Source of the DNA: Malacoraja senta
Taxonomy: Eukaryota
NCBI GenBank assembly: GCA_038087875.1
Contig: CM075986.1
Coordinates: 6,882,001 to 6,946,000 of the forward strand
DNA: 64,000 bases
Reading direction: 5' to 3'
Part shown: piece after piece, positions 41,246-54,575 of the stretch
Numbering within the stretch: the first letter of the stretch is position 1
Layout of the letters: each line of letters begins with the position of its first letter
Notes under the pieces: model-generated
What the model was told of the DNA's origin: nothing
Seen by the model: the letters and a program-made list of their open reading frames with translations, nothing else
The model's database searches: none
Made by a program: the position numbers and the translations under genes

Positions 41246-43173
41246 CTTCCCCTCATACTGGGAATTGCTGAAGGCTTTGTCTGCCTTCCGGATTTCTCTC
41301 TATCTGACTTTGACATTGACGCACCACACGTCATCACCAAATCCCAGTTCCATCGATTTTTCTATATGGAAAAATAAAAGTCATTTCCCTTCTAATTTTT
41401 CTATTCAATTTCCAGAGCCTGGAATTGAGATTCCTCGATAAATAACGATAAATCAACAGGACAAACATTTAAAATTATTATCTTATTTATTTTACCAGTG
41501 ATGCTAGAGGAGCATAAACGTTAGAATTTAGCACTCAATTTGAATTGAAATAAATTTAGAATAATTATATGTAAAGCATACCGATTTCCTGACATGCCGC
41601 GCTAACATTCAATCGGCAGAGTTACCGGGCGCCTGGTCAAACTAGAAGTTGAACGCAATGCGTCTAATACAATATTCTTAGCGACATCAGTATCTTGATC
41701 AAACCTATGAGTGAGATGCTATAAGAAAAATGCAATATACACCATAAATCCGATACAATCCTGTATTTTACGTTATGCCTTTTCGATTAAAAAATATATT
41801 CACTTCTGGGATTCCCCCACTAAAGTCGCGATTGCAAGCTGCTAACCAGCAACCCAAACTTGCATTGGAAGTATGCAGCTGCCGCCTAGTGAGTACACGA
41901 CGTTGGGATCAAGGAAAACTTAATAAACAGTCAAACGACACAGATAGATTTCCAACGAATCCTTGTGGTACGAATACACCTTGGAGAAAAAAACAGCACC
42001 ACAAACAGTATTCGACCCATCAATGAACTAAACGAGAACAATTAAACACAGTTGCGTGCTTGCGTAAATTATTCCTTAGAACATACTGTTTGCTCCAAAA
42101 TAAGTTAAACGTGGACTGATATTTCACATATGGGTTTGCATAAAAAATACAGCCACTGTGTATACCAAATACTTTCGGATGCGATTTTATATGATATCCC
42201 CTTCCCACGACCGTGGGAATAATACGAAGAGGGGATGTCTCCAAACCAATTGTCTTAATTGGCTTTAAAATGCAATCCTTGTTTTACTTCACTGTTCACA
42301 ATAAAATATTTAGCAATCTGTAGAACATTAATCATTGTTAATGCCTAACACAGTGTGGGAGTAATCTTGCAAAAGTGGAATAATATCACGATTTCTGACT
42401 GACCATGCGAAATATTTATTCATTTACAGAGTCAAACATTGACTACTATTAATTTGCTCAGAAAAAAAGAGCCTTGGCTCCAATAACCTCGATTTAGAAA
42501 TAATGTTCTCAGCAGGAGGTGGCTAACTGGAAAATACATGTCACCATTGCAATACCTAGTTTCACCACTTGAGGACAGTGTTGCTCCACAAATGCACCGA
42601 TAGGCACTTGAACCTTCTGTGATCGCCTTGTGTTCCACAGAAGGATCAAATTTGTTTTTCTTTCTGTTGCTGTGTTTGTAGAATTAAAACGTACAATAAT
42701 GCCACTACTTTCATTTTGATATCATGGTGTGATATATATTTAAGTTACACATCGGTTCAAATCATCATTGCTTCTTATATTTGAAGCTTGGTTTTCACAA
42801 ATAAAGTTTGCTTACTGAGTCAAAAACACTTGATCATTCAATTGTCCTGACGTGTTCGCTAAAAAAGAACACGATAGACGATAGGAAACTGTCACTCCGT
42901 TGGAGAGATTATTATTTTCCTATCTGTATCCCGATAAACATGTTATAATGTTACGTCTGCTTGTCTGTGGGCTCTTTGGCGGTTGCTAGGACGTCTTCAC
43001 AGAGAAAAAAAATGGCGTTGGTATTCATATACCTTTGAGGTCCAGGTTGGTAAATATAAGTTACTTTCAAATAATTTTTAAACCAGCATCTGCAGTTCCT
43101 TCATACACATTAATTTCAAAGACACTTGTGCATTAAAGCGGTCTACTTTTTGTTTACTGTGTTTCCAATTAGC

Positions 43174-43537
43174 CGACTAGGTCCCTCAGATCGGCCGACT
43201 TGGGGTTACTGAACAACCCGCGGTCTAGGCATAAGGTCAGGGGCGACCGCGCCTTCGTGGTCGCAGCTCCTAGACTGTGGAACAGCACCCCCCTTCCCAT
43301 CAGAACTGTCCCCTCCATCGACTCTTTTAAGTCGAGACTTAAAACTCATCTTTACTCTCAAGCCTTTCTTGACGTCCTCTGAGGGACGGCTATATGTATG
43401 TTTTTATGTATGTACTTAATCTATGAACCACTGTTGTATAACGTTAGTACCTCCACCAATGTAAAGCACTTTGGTCAACGAGAGTTGTTTTTTAAATGTG
43501 CTATAGAAATAAAAGTGACTTGACTTTACTTTGACTT
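43174..43537 (+). mobile_element. L2-type LINE 3' end
   Basis: Encodes GDRAFVVAAPRLWNSTPLPIR...SFKSRLKTHLY; AATAAAAG followed by (TGACT)n tail. Confidence 0.8.
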
Positions 43538-44275
43538 CAGCTCATGGACGAGTCTTCCCATTGCTTTGGGGTAGTAAGCTGCCGCACAGATAGATTCCTC
43601 AGTGAAAACTAATACTCTATTACCTAACCCTGCAAAGTGTTTTTGTTGTTGTATAAAAATACAGGTAACAGATCGTCGAAGATTAAACTCCACGATAATC
43701 AGTAGTTATGTAGTTATTAACTCGATATGAAATAACTCGTTATTTTAAAAGGCCGTGTCAACGTTGGACCTAGTATTAACGTCGAGATCTAGACGAAACC
43801 TGTCACGTTGGAATGAGAACCAGATTCTATACCAGAAATCATGAAACGAAACGGGAGACATTTCCTGCAGGGTGATTAATTTGTGCGTCGGCAGGATGAC
43901 CATTTGCAAAAGCATCAATTTACACTACCAGCAGAACAGCGCACGGCGCGCCTCATCCCGAAACCACCGCCACTCTACCCCAACCACCGCGTTCAAATCA
44001 CACCACAAACCGTCAATACAAATACATTGGAAATTCGACGAATTGTATAAATTGCAAAAACCGAGGCTCGAAGAATGGAGCATCCGGTGGATCAAGAACA
44101 AGCAAGTGAACGCACAGAAAGTTTGTGGTGGAGCCACCGATGTAACGTGGAATGAATGCATTTACTAACATCAGCAGCGGGCCGCACAGTATCGGCCGAA
44201 CGTCCCGCACGGTATCAGAGCTCTACTAGTTGAGAGCGGGAACGTACCATAAATAAATAGCACAGATCTACTCTG

Positions 44276-44353
44276 AAGACAGACACAAAAAGCGCAACAA
44301 GCAGCATCTCTGGAGAGAAGGAATGGGTGATGTTTCGGGTCGAGACACTTATC
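44276..44353 (-). mobile_element. Penelope-like fragment with 13-bp TSD
   Basis: CAGATCTACTCTG at 44263-44275 and 44354-44366. Confidence 0.75.
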
Positions 44354-45515
44354 CAGATCTACTCTGTTCAGGTGCAATCTAGCCCTTCAGTGAATCGGAA
44401 GAGGTTATTTGCCCGCTTTCCACATTCAGTGCTGTGACTAACCTCGGGAGAAACTACAGAGCCATCAATCAGTGCCGATGGATGCGGTCCAGCAATACAG
44501 AATAGCATTTTGCTTATTAATAATAGTAATAACAATAATAAATTGTAATGAAGTAACCACAGGTTGAGGAAAGCATGGAGTATCTGATGTATCGGCGGGT
44601 CACCAATTCCATTGGCGTTGAGTGCAACGCTCCTTCTGTGTCCATTTAATACAAGTGTTCCATGATGTGCATAGATTCTCAACAATTCGGCCACTGACAG
44701 AAGTAATGGCCGGTCACAAGAAAGGTGTAGCCACTCACCTGTCAGACCGCCGCGGACCATTGCAGGCAACCCCTCTCCCGGTACGTATCCAACACCGTAG
44801 CCGCTCAGGTCCTCAGCCTCGAAGGGTTGCCGATTCTGCGCTCGCTCCTTCGTCCCTCTCGGTATGCGCGCAGCAGATTTTATAACTCTCTACATAATAT
44901 TACTGCTATTACGTTGATTGCGGCGTCCTGCGTATTATGCAGATTGGCCGCCGTTACTGTTTAGCTTTTTTGAGGAAAGAATCCTTCGTTTTATTTGTGA
45001 GGCTTTGTTGTGTATGTGCGAGGCCGGCGCGGAGTGTACTTTCCGCCTCGTTTACTCGGCTGCATTGATTGATGCCTCGGGAGGCTGATTTGAAAATGAG
45101 CGGTTAACTTGTTATTAAAGTTCAGTTCATATCATTGTAGCCACAGCAACGATGGTGGCCGTTATTGCCGCCAGATGGAAAGGTTGTCGGGTATTTATTA
45201 TTCGTGGAATCATCGCCCGTCTTTCGCCAAACGGAACAAAATAACCGGCGCCAAATTTGAACTCCGGCGAATCCCAGTTTCGAGGCTGCAGGAGCCGGGG
45301 ATCGACCGTGAAACTNNNNNNNNNNNNNNNNNNNNNNNNNNNNNNNNNNNNNNNNNNNNNNNNNNNNNNNNNNNNNNNNNNNNNNNNNNNNNNNNNNNNN
45401 NNNNNNNNNNNNNNNNNNNNNNNNNNNNNNNNNNNNNNNNNNNNNNNNNNNNNNNNNNNNNNNNNNNNNNNNNNNNNNNNNNNNNNNNNNNNNNNNNNNN
45501 NNNNNNNNNNNNNNN

Positions 45516-45563
<48 letters not shown>

Positions 45564-46089
45564 CGAGAGATGGAAGACAATTCACGATAGTGTCAAGTTG
45601 GCGATATGCAGAGTACTGCCCTGCCGACTACAAATTCAGAAGTTTCAGAAGATTCAATAGCTAAGAAGGAGATGAGGGAGATACAGAAGAAAAGTGGCCG
45701 TGGAAAGGAGGAGAGGGCAGCGAAGACGTTAAAATAGGTCAGGAAAATGGATAGCAAAAATTAATAGAGAGATATATGTTCTTGTTTCACTAGGGAGCAT
45801 TAGAATTTTCAAAAGATTCTTTCAGCATAGACATCCGGCAATGGTTGTAAAGCTGCGGCATCGAGGGAAGAAAGTGCAGGGAACGGATGAAGTCGGGAGA
45901 TTGAGGCTGCGAATATGAAGGCGTGGAGACGTCGGGGATTTGTTGTAAAGTATGAATAGGCGAGGAAGGGAGACTAGAGATGGAATATAAACATGAAAAA
46001 CGAAAAATTCTAATCAAGGGGACACAAAAATGGTGGAATTAATGACGGTTATTAGATTCCGGGTAAACACGTTTGCCTCTGTTAATAGG

Positions 46090-46185
46090 TAAAGACAAAA
46101 ATGCTGGAGAAACTCAGCGGGTGAGGCAGCATCTATGGAGCGAAGGAAATAGGCGACGTTTCGGATCGAGACCCTTCTTCAGACA
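46090..46185 (-). mobile_element. Penelope-like fragment with intact hammerhead core (46155-46182)
   Basis: Minus strand CTGAAGA-AGGGTCTCGATCC-GAAAC-GTC. Confidence 0.75.
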
Positions 46186-47054
46186 TCCTGTGCTAATACA
46201 TCAAAGCAGTTCCTCGGCGCATTTTGTAAAACTTATTTTGCCGACACGCGCTCACCAACATGGATGAAACTCAGGCGAGAAATGTGTTTATCAACGTGTT
46301 CCTAGAGAAAGATGGTCTCAGCTCTAACGGTCGCAACTTCGACCTCGTGAAGTAATGCAAGAAAGAATGCGACAAACGCTGTTATATATATATATAAATA
46401 TAAATATGTTATATTTGTGTTATGGTGGACATTTGGACCCGTGCATTAAATTGGGACATATTTAATCAAAGGCATTTGGCTGGATTCTGTCACTCGGTCA
46501 GCGAATCTTCTCAACAACCTCCCTCCAACTCCCCCCCCCCCCCCCCCCCCCCCCCCCCACCCCCCTCCTCCACCCTCTCTTCTGCGTTCTGGGAGTAAAT
46601 AGAGAGCGGGCCACAAAGTTCCGACGGAAAAACCTTTAGTTCGGCCTCGCCCTTCAGAGACTTCTACTTAAACACAATTCTAATAAATCAGAAGATTCGC
46701 CGCGTTTAACCAGGGGACACAGGGAAGGCTTGCACTGCACAATTGCATCGTGTCTCGGTTTCATCGTCCTTTCAAGTTGACCTGGGCTTTACTTTTTCGT
46801 CGAACTTTTAGTCCTTTATTGTTAATGTGTCACTCGCGGGGAGAGTTGAACGGCGATTGACAAAGAGAGAGAGAGAGTTAGAGATTTGGATGGTGGCATT
46901 GATTACCCCCGTGCAAGAAACTAAAGACATATAATACACTCTTTGGTATTGCCCGTTGCGTGTTAATTACAAATGATGTACAAATGAGGAAAATACAAAG
47001 ACGTTTGGAACAAAGGCGACACAAGCAATTGCAGATACCGGAAACGTGATCTAA

Positions 47055-47160
47055 ACACAAAGTGCGGGAGGAACTCAGCGCGCCAGACGCCATCTGTGGG
47101 GGGAATGGACAGACGACAATTGGGTTCGTCTCGACCCGAATCGTCGCCTGTTCATTCCAG
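47055..47160. mobile_element. Penelope-like fragment, degenerate inverted join
   Basis: Family similarity; remnant GTCTCGACCCGAATCGTC. Confidence 0.55.
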
Positions 47161-47644
47161 CTGTAAATCTAGAGCAAACGGTAGATTCGGGGTGAAGACG
47201 GCTTTGCGTGCGTATGGCAGATTGACTAATGTACGCTGCATTCATAACCGATGGGCAATGATTAGATATTATGAACATGCTACGTACACATAAGGCCTTT
47301 GTCTCCAGTGCATGCCAAACCATGCAAACTATCATATAACTAGCATTACACCGGTTACGTGGTGAATCTCGGAGTTTCCACAAATTAAGTGCACGCGTGA
47401 ATTTATTTTGGGAAGAACCTTTCACGTACTTACATTGTCCAGGTCTGGTTCACGATGACTATATAAACATCAATTGGATACTTGTTTTGGGGCGTTCACG
47501 CTGTATGGCCTGTTTCTCTCTCGGTTAGTAAATTATTTCGTTTAATATCATTCGAGTCCAAAATGCATCCATCTGCATTTAACCTTGAATTGAATTATTC
47601 ATCAATTGTTGCTGCGCGCTGGAAAATAGCGATGAATTTTCGCC

Positions 47645-47907
47645 TTTAGAGAGACAGCGGGCCCACGGAGTCCGCGCCGATCAGCGATCACTTCTGCACT
47701 AACACTGGGGACAATTTACAATTTTACCGAAGCCAATTGACCTACAAACGTGCACGTCTTTGCAGTGTGGGAGGAAACCGGAGAACCCGGAGAAAACCCA
47801 CGAGGTAACGGGGAGAACGTACAAACTCCGCACACAGCGCCCGTAGTCAGGTTAGAACCCGGGTCTCTGGCGCTGTGAGGGAGCAACTCTACTGCTGCGT
47901 CACCGTA
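47645..47907 (-). mobile_element. tRNA-derived SINE (V-SINE/HE1-like)
   Basis: Minus strand A-box-like GGTGACGCAGCAG, B-box GGTTCTAACC (47850-47859), and V-domain-like GTGGGTTTTCTCCGGGTTCTCCGGTTTCCTCCCAC. Confidence 0.8.
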
Positions 47908-48523
47908 CTAAGTTAAGAAATTATATTAGTCTGTCAATAGTTTAAAGACTGCTTTGATCGAGTGCATATTTCCTGCTCCTGTGCTCAGTAAACTGAGGAT
48001 TATAATCGAGGCAAATAGGTGAGGAGACTTAATATAATTTATTCTTTCTTTATGGTTGGGCAAAATCCTGCGGCTTATTCCACGAGTGCCTGGACCTAAT
48101 TAGTGCATATTTCGGAGCGTAGCAGAAGGGTTTTACCGCGGGATTTGGAATTTGAGATGTTAAACTAGCGGAGGTAATCAAGGATAAATTCAGCTCGAAT
48201 TTCCATTTTGAGTGGGGCGGTCCCAGGAACACGCAAACATCTGCTCACTTGTACCGGGCTTATGGATCCGGACAATATTTACTCCAGTGTCTCCCGCTCA
48301 AGGGAATTAAATTGTACTTTTTAATCGTATTACACGCCTATTGTATGGATCTCAAACCCTGGGTGTTTCATTGTGGTTCTCATTATTTCTCATCATGGGG
48401 CATTTTGATTGCTTTCAACCTGAACTTCACTATGTGAATTGATGCCAACGTATCTTAATGCATGGAGATGGTAAACCAAAATTACAGTCTAGATTTTTTT
48501 AAGTCAGGAACGAATATAATAAA

Positions 48524-48787
48524 TTGTTGTACCCGTTCTCACCTAGGCCACAGCTTACAATTACATGTTTCCTTTATCACCGTTACTTGCATTTATTTGT
48601 TTTATATATCGCTACATCACCGTCTATATCTCTCGTTTCCCTCTCCCCTGACTCTCAATCTGAAGAAGGGTCTCGACCCGAAACGTCACCTATCCTTTTC
48701 GCCAGAGATGCTGTCCGACCCGCTGAATTACTCCATATTTTGTGTCTATCTTCGGTTTAAACCAGCATCAGCGGTTCCTTCCTACAC
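48524..48787 (+). mobile_element. Penelope-like 3' terminal repeat with intact hammerhead core (48660-48687)
   Basis: CTGAAGA-AGGGTCTCGACCC-GAAAC-GTC; colinear with copy 62957-63310 in reverse; ATAATAAA flanking repeat. Confidence 0.8.
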
Positions 48788-49640
48788 ATAATAAAATCCA
48801 CGTTCGCATGCTGCATTTAGCAAGTACAGCGCCCAAAATGGTGAGGTTTGTGTGATTTAATTATTTGAGAATGTTCCAAGGCCGAGCATCGTATGTTCCT
48901 CACAGAATCTGGCAAACCAATAAAGATTATTTACTGAATTGCCAAGATTGTTTTACCTGCATTTTTAATAAGATTTTGCGTTTCGAAATATGGAAACTGA
49001 ATCCACCAACTATTCGGTTCCACAAGTAATTTATTACAATGTTAATTCATATTGCTAACTAAATTTCTGAAGCTAAAATTAATAATTAAAGTTCCATTTG
49101 TTTTAATTATTTATTTGAAACGATCCGTGAGCTCGAGTAATTCGCCTCCTTGGTTCCCAATAAGTTGTTGGGGGTTGTGATACCACATTCCTCCTCGTGA
49201 TCTATGTCTCTCGGTGTGCCCATTACGCACTGCCTTTATGACTGAAATCAAGCATAATAAAGATGTGAATGTGAAAAATGTGACTAAAATGCCCGCAATT
49301 CAGTGAATGTTTAACTTTAAAGCCACACAAGGAACCATATGAGTTATTCTCTGGCCTGCAGAGAGAATAACTCCTTTAACCCAGATGATCACAAGGTAGA
49401 ATGTTAACTGACCGGAGCAAACAATCCCCAGGAAGAATTTTTTATATGTATCCACTAAGAATACAAAAGAACTTCAAAAGTAGACTGTGCTATTACACAT
49501 TTATAACATATAGTACGAAATAAAATGCCTGCCCGTAGTTGCCACGAAGGCAGAATATGTTTCCAACACTAGGCCAAGGCAAAAGTAATCATATCTAAAT
49601 AGAACAATCAATATATGAAATTGAAAGCATGCTCATAAGA

Positions 49641-49731
49641 TAGTCTGATGAACGGTCTCGACCCGAAACGTCACCTATTATTTTTCTCCAGAGATGCTGC
49701 TTGACCCGTGACTCCAGCAGTTTTTATCCAT
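49641..49731 (+). mobile_element. Penelope-like fragment with CUGAUGA hammerhead core (49645-49672) and 9-bp TSD
   Basis: CTGATGA-ACGGTCTCGACCC-GAAAC-GTC; CTCATAAGA at 49632-49640 and 49732-49740. Confidence 0.75.
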
Positions 49732-50344
49732 CTCATAAGACAGAACCCTGATTAGGAATACAATTCTCTGCATAAGTATCTGCCCATCGGTTTTGCTTTC
49801 ACGTCTAGACCTTCCCTGAAGTGCATGGGTGTTATCTACTCGTGCATTTCATGTAACAGCGATGTCTCCGCTCTCAGCACTACCTCTGACACATCCTCCT
49901 CCTATATTCTTTGTTTGATTTGTTCATCTTTTATCGCACATGATCATCTAATCACACATGGCCCGCAGTTTTCACAGCCCAATGAACACTTTACATTTCA
50001 GTCTTCTATATGCTCCCCTATTTGACATTGAAACAAACCCTGTCATTTGTTTTCTTGTTGATGCCACATTTTAATTCCTGTTGATATCCTTGTAAATCCT
50101 TCCAGGTACTTCGGTCGATCAGTTGTTGACATTCTTTTTCTGGCGAGATCGATACATTTTTGGTGGGTGGGGCAATCAAAGGATTCGTGGGTCTGAACTG
50201 GGGTGGCTGTGGAGTAAACCAGGTGGGCAGAATGGACTTCTTTGTTTTCACCATCTTATCACGTTACTTTTCACCTTAACTAGAGCAATAACATTTTTAC
50301 TTCACATTCCACGATAGACGTTTGCGCTGCAACCTTGCGCTAAA

Positions 50345-50490
50345 CCCCAAGTGTTGGAAGAACGCAGCGGGTCAGGCGGCATCTGTGAAGGTAAATTGTC
50401 TGACTATCCATTTCCATCCACAGATTTGCCTGACCCGCTGAGTTCCTCCAGAACTTAGTGTTTTGCTCAAGATTCCAGCATTTGTATTGT
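50345..50490. mobile_element. Penelope-like inverted pair (degenerate)
   Basis: CAGCGGGTCAGGC...GCCTGACCCGCTG inverted arms. Confidence 0.6.
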
Positions 50491-51489
50491 CTTGAATCAG
50501 CGCTGGAATACGGGTTTCTATCTCAATTGCCAGGCAAGTTCATTTGACACAATCTCTTAAATAATTATTTTTTTACCTTTAATGCGTAATTTGTCATTTC
50601 CCCTCAGAACCGCAAGCAACAAACATACTATCAAATTTGACTTGTGTGGTTAAGTAGACTCGAAAGTCAGTGCACCCTACCACCCCCCCCCCCCCACCTT
50701 TATAGCAATTAATATATATAGTGTTTATTTGTCATATGTGGGCACGTAATTACAATCAGCTTGTATCGTTATTTTAAACGACGGCGGTATACATTTCCAA
50801 ATATCTTAGTCATTTCACGGCGTGTAGTCTGCCACACTCGAAGGAATAACTGGCTGCCTATCCTTCCTGCATGGTCTCTGCTTTACTGCACTGTAAAATT
50901 GTTATTCATCTATATACTCTAGGCGTATGATATTTTTGCCAGGTACTCCGGACCAAACTAGTAGGTTATTGCATATTCCAACAACTTCCATCCCCTTCCA
51001 CCTCCAAAAACAAACTCCTCCCATCCTCAGAACCACCATCCCGAGTTGTACGTCATCTGAGAGTGGCAACATTGCCTCTCCAAACTCGTGTCAACGTTGA
51101 TTATATATCTATCTACACGTTGAAAAACAAATTCCCCATCATGGATTCCTGCGGGAACCACTTCCTACTTCTTTGTCCGAAAACGTCCTTTGAACACCAA
51201 TATAATTGTTCCAGCATTCTGCTCTGCGAGCCTATTCCACATCTGACAATTGCTTCTTCTCATTAATTAACATTTAAAAACGTGGCCATTTTCTTCTCGT
51301 TTTTTTTGTGTCTCTATCGTATTTCCTTTCTTTTTAACTCGACTACTGAAATAACATTGACTTTAAATTAGGGTTAGAGAATAGATAAATGCGTTGAAAG
51401 ATGGTTACCTGTCTCGACTCTCAAGCAATTTCTATTTAATTTTGCATTACATAAGTTACTGGCGCTCAGAATAACCGTACATTGTTTTG

Positions 51490-51665
51490 ATTTGCACTGA
51501 ACGCTATTTTGTACAAACGCTATATCCTTTATCCTGTGTCTGTACACTGTGGGCGGCTTAATTGTATAACATGTGTAGTTTTTTCGCGGACTAGATAGCA
51601 TGCAACAGAAAACCCTTTCACTGTACCTCGTTACACGTGACAACACTAAACTAAATTAAATCTAA
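51490..51665 (+). mobile_element. LINE 3'UTR fragment (Rex1/Babar-like family)
   Basis: Homologous to 61665-61920 and 36625-36685; (CTAAA)n tail. Confidence 0.6.
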
Positions 51666-54375
51666 ACAACGATCAGTACTAGACCGATTACCAATGGAAA
51701 ATAATCAATTACCGATGTTAAGGAAACACTTCCCCCATCCTTCAAGTTTAAACTCGGAAATGTACGAAATGGTGGGAACACGGGTTTATTCTATGTTTCC
51801 TATACTGGTAAAGATGTAATGCAAGAAAATTTGTTCTGAACATTTCGCTGCTATTGAAATTGATAAATGTTAAAAGTAATAAAATCGGATACTTTAAATG
51901 TAAAATGCTTAAAAATTGGAAGTGGGAAATGTCTTCAGATTTGTTATTATTATCAAATGGAAGGAATCCGATCATTCCTGCCCTTAGCTCAACGTTTAGC
52001 CGGAAAACTGTTTAGTTTAAGGCAAAGACTAGGATGTTGCAAGATACTCAGCTACAACAAATTGGACGGGAAACAAATCCAAGTCTGTGAGTATTTCCAG
52101 TATGGATTCTGTCCCCAAATTTAAGCAAACGACTTAATCTTAAAAACAATTATATTTTTACCATTAATGCCTGTTTTGCTTTTTCACTCGGAACCCCATC
52201 CAATAAACATACCATTAAATGAATCGTGATTCATTTTTCAAGGCATCGATAGTTTGAGAAATAGGATATTCAGTTCTACACCGAATCACTTTCCACCTTA
52301 CATTTTATATTCTTGTTATCCTCTGACAGAAATAGAACCGCTCAAATTGCAATGAGTATTACATTAATTGGAATATCTTAAATCTCGACGGCTCTGTACT
52401 TTCTGACATTTAAACATTGGAGAGCAGGAGTTAATAGGGGAAAAATCATGGTTCATTGTATCGAATTGACTAGTTTTCGGCAAATAAATAAGTGAAGCCT
52501 GTGTAATATACAGCGTCTGCTATGAACATTCTCTATCATTAAGGTACAGCAACCATTGTTGGTCTTTATTTTATAGACGGAGTGGTATTTAATGCGCGCC
52601 ACGGTCTGTTCAATCCCGTGAACTGAAAATTAAACGTTGAAATTTACTTTCAATACTGAAGAGAAAATAATGCACTTTCTTGTAAGGGGCCTTCAGGGTT
52701 ATTTAGTGCCTTCGGAATTATTTCTAAATTATAATCCGCCACTGTATTCATAGTTAAGTGTTTTCATTCTGGCGAGGAATGGCAACATTATACAACTGTA
52801 TCAGGATATCTCAATGACAGAGGATTACATGTTGGTCTCTGTTTAAAGATTTTTTAAACTCCAATCACTACAGATGTGTTCGTGTCTTCGGCGTTTGAAG
52901 ATATTTACATATAGCAGCCCTTCAAGATCTGGTCCCTACCAAGAGACGATCTTGGGGGGTTTTAAGTTAAATACCGTATCAGGAATTTAGCAGCGTAACT
53001 GCAACTGAAAATATGCTTAGGCTACTGGCTCCGGATATTTTAAGGGAGCAAGTGAAGTCTAGTCTCCAACGTAGTTTTTCCTCATCAAATAATATTAATC
53101 AGAAAACAACATTTTCAGAGGGAAATCCTACCACTGCTTTCACCCAAAACTGATAACAAATCCGACTCAATCTGTCAAATAAACTTCAGGTCCTTGATTA
53201 AAAGCTTTTTTGGCCTTTATTTATGTAAAGATCTCTTTATCTGGCCCACTCTCTCGCTCTCGACCGCCAAGTTTGATGTTGTTATAAGAGGCACCGCTGT
53301 CTGTCTTTTTTTTCTCTGCTGCCAGTTGTCTGCAAGCACATAAAGTTCACACAGACAGGCAATAAAGCCCCCGGCTGCTGTGTGCGTTCTTTATACAACG
53401 CCTTGGGATAAATCGCAAGCTTTAAAAGCTGCATCAGCGCAACCGTGAGATTGGTATTTTCACNNNNNNNNNNNNNNNNNNNNNNNNNNNNNNNNNNNNN
53501 NNNNNNNNNNNNNNNNNNNNNNNNNNNNNNNNNNNNNNNNNNNNNNNNNNNNNNNNNNNNNNNNNNNNNNNNNNNNNNNNNNNNNNNNNNNNNNNNNNNN
53601 NNNNNNNNNNNNNNNNNNNNNNNNNNNNNNNNNNNNNNNNNNNNNNNNNNNNNNNNNNNNNNNNNNNNNNNNNNNNNNNNNNNNNNNNNNNNNNNNNTTC
53701 TCCACTGACAGTTCCCTTTCGTTACTGGGCTAGATTTAAATAAAACTCTAAATGCAAAAAAAAAACATGTCTCCGTGAAAACAAACCGGTCAATTAATTG
53801 TACTTGATCATGGATGTTTGTCATGGACTGGCAACGGATAACATGTCTAACATGTCTCCTTGCGCAAGTATCCGAGTGTTTCAACTGTTTGGATTGATTG
53901 AAAAGAAATGCCTTGTAGGAATTTGGTTGCCTCCGCCGGCGCTTTAGCTCTTTATGACCGCGACGACTGGCCTCAAATGACTGAACTTCTGTTGTTATTT
54001 TTGTCGCTCACTTGTTTTCTCTCCCGCTGTCTCTAACCTTGAAACAGGACCAGAATTAAACTTTATTCCCTGGACGCACTCCCCCATGGAACGTACCGGT
54101 CGCACCTTCTGGAGCGGATGTTTATTCCTGTGAAAGTTTAAAGTGCTGGAAACTCGAGTAAGAAATCAATTCTATGGCCCGGATTTGTCCGAGGAGGTCA
54201 GTTCATAAATGTTTCTTTATTTGAGAACAAAGCGCCATTTCACTAACGCAGAGAAAGCTGCATCGCCAACACACACGGACTAAAAGCACACGTAAATGTA
54301 ACGTAAGAGGTGTCAGTACAAAGTGTGGCAGGAGCCTTAGTATTCAAGAAATATGAGCCAAAAACAACAACAAAA

Positions 54376-54575
54376 TGTGTAGGAAAGAACTGCAGATGCT
54401 GGGTTAAATCGAAGATAGACACAAAATGCTGGCGTAACTCAGCGGGACGGGCAGTATCTCTGGAGAGAAGGAATGGGTGACGTTTCTGAAGAACGGTCTC
54501 GACCCAAAACGTCACCCATTCCTTCTCTCCAGAGATGCTGCCTGTCCCGTTGAGTTACTCCAGCATTTTGCCTCC
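54376..54575. mobile_element. Penelope-like tail-to-tail inverted pair with TSD
   Basis: 64-bp arms 54422-54485 / 54507-54570; hammerhead core with GAAA>AAAA; flanking AACAACAACAA at 54363-54373 and 54576-54586. Confidence 0.8.

Noticed and set aside
43872-44168. 98-aa + strand ORF containing WIKNK
   Set aside because: Non-ATG start, antisense to the cluster, no recognisable domain or splice support
3689-53884. Long X-containing ORFs
   Set aside because: Artefacts of assembly N gaps
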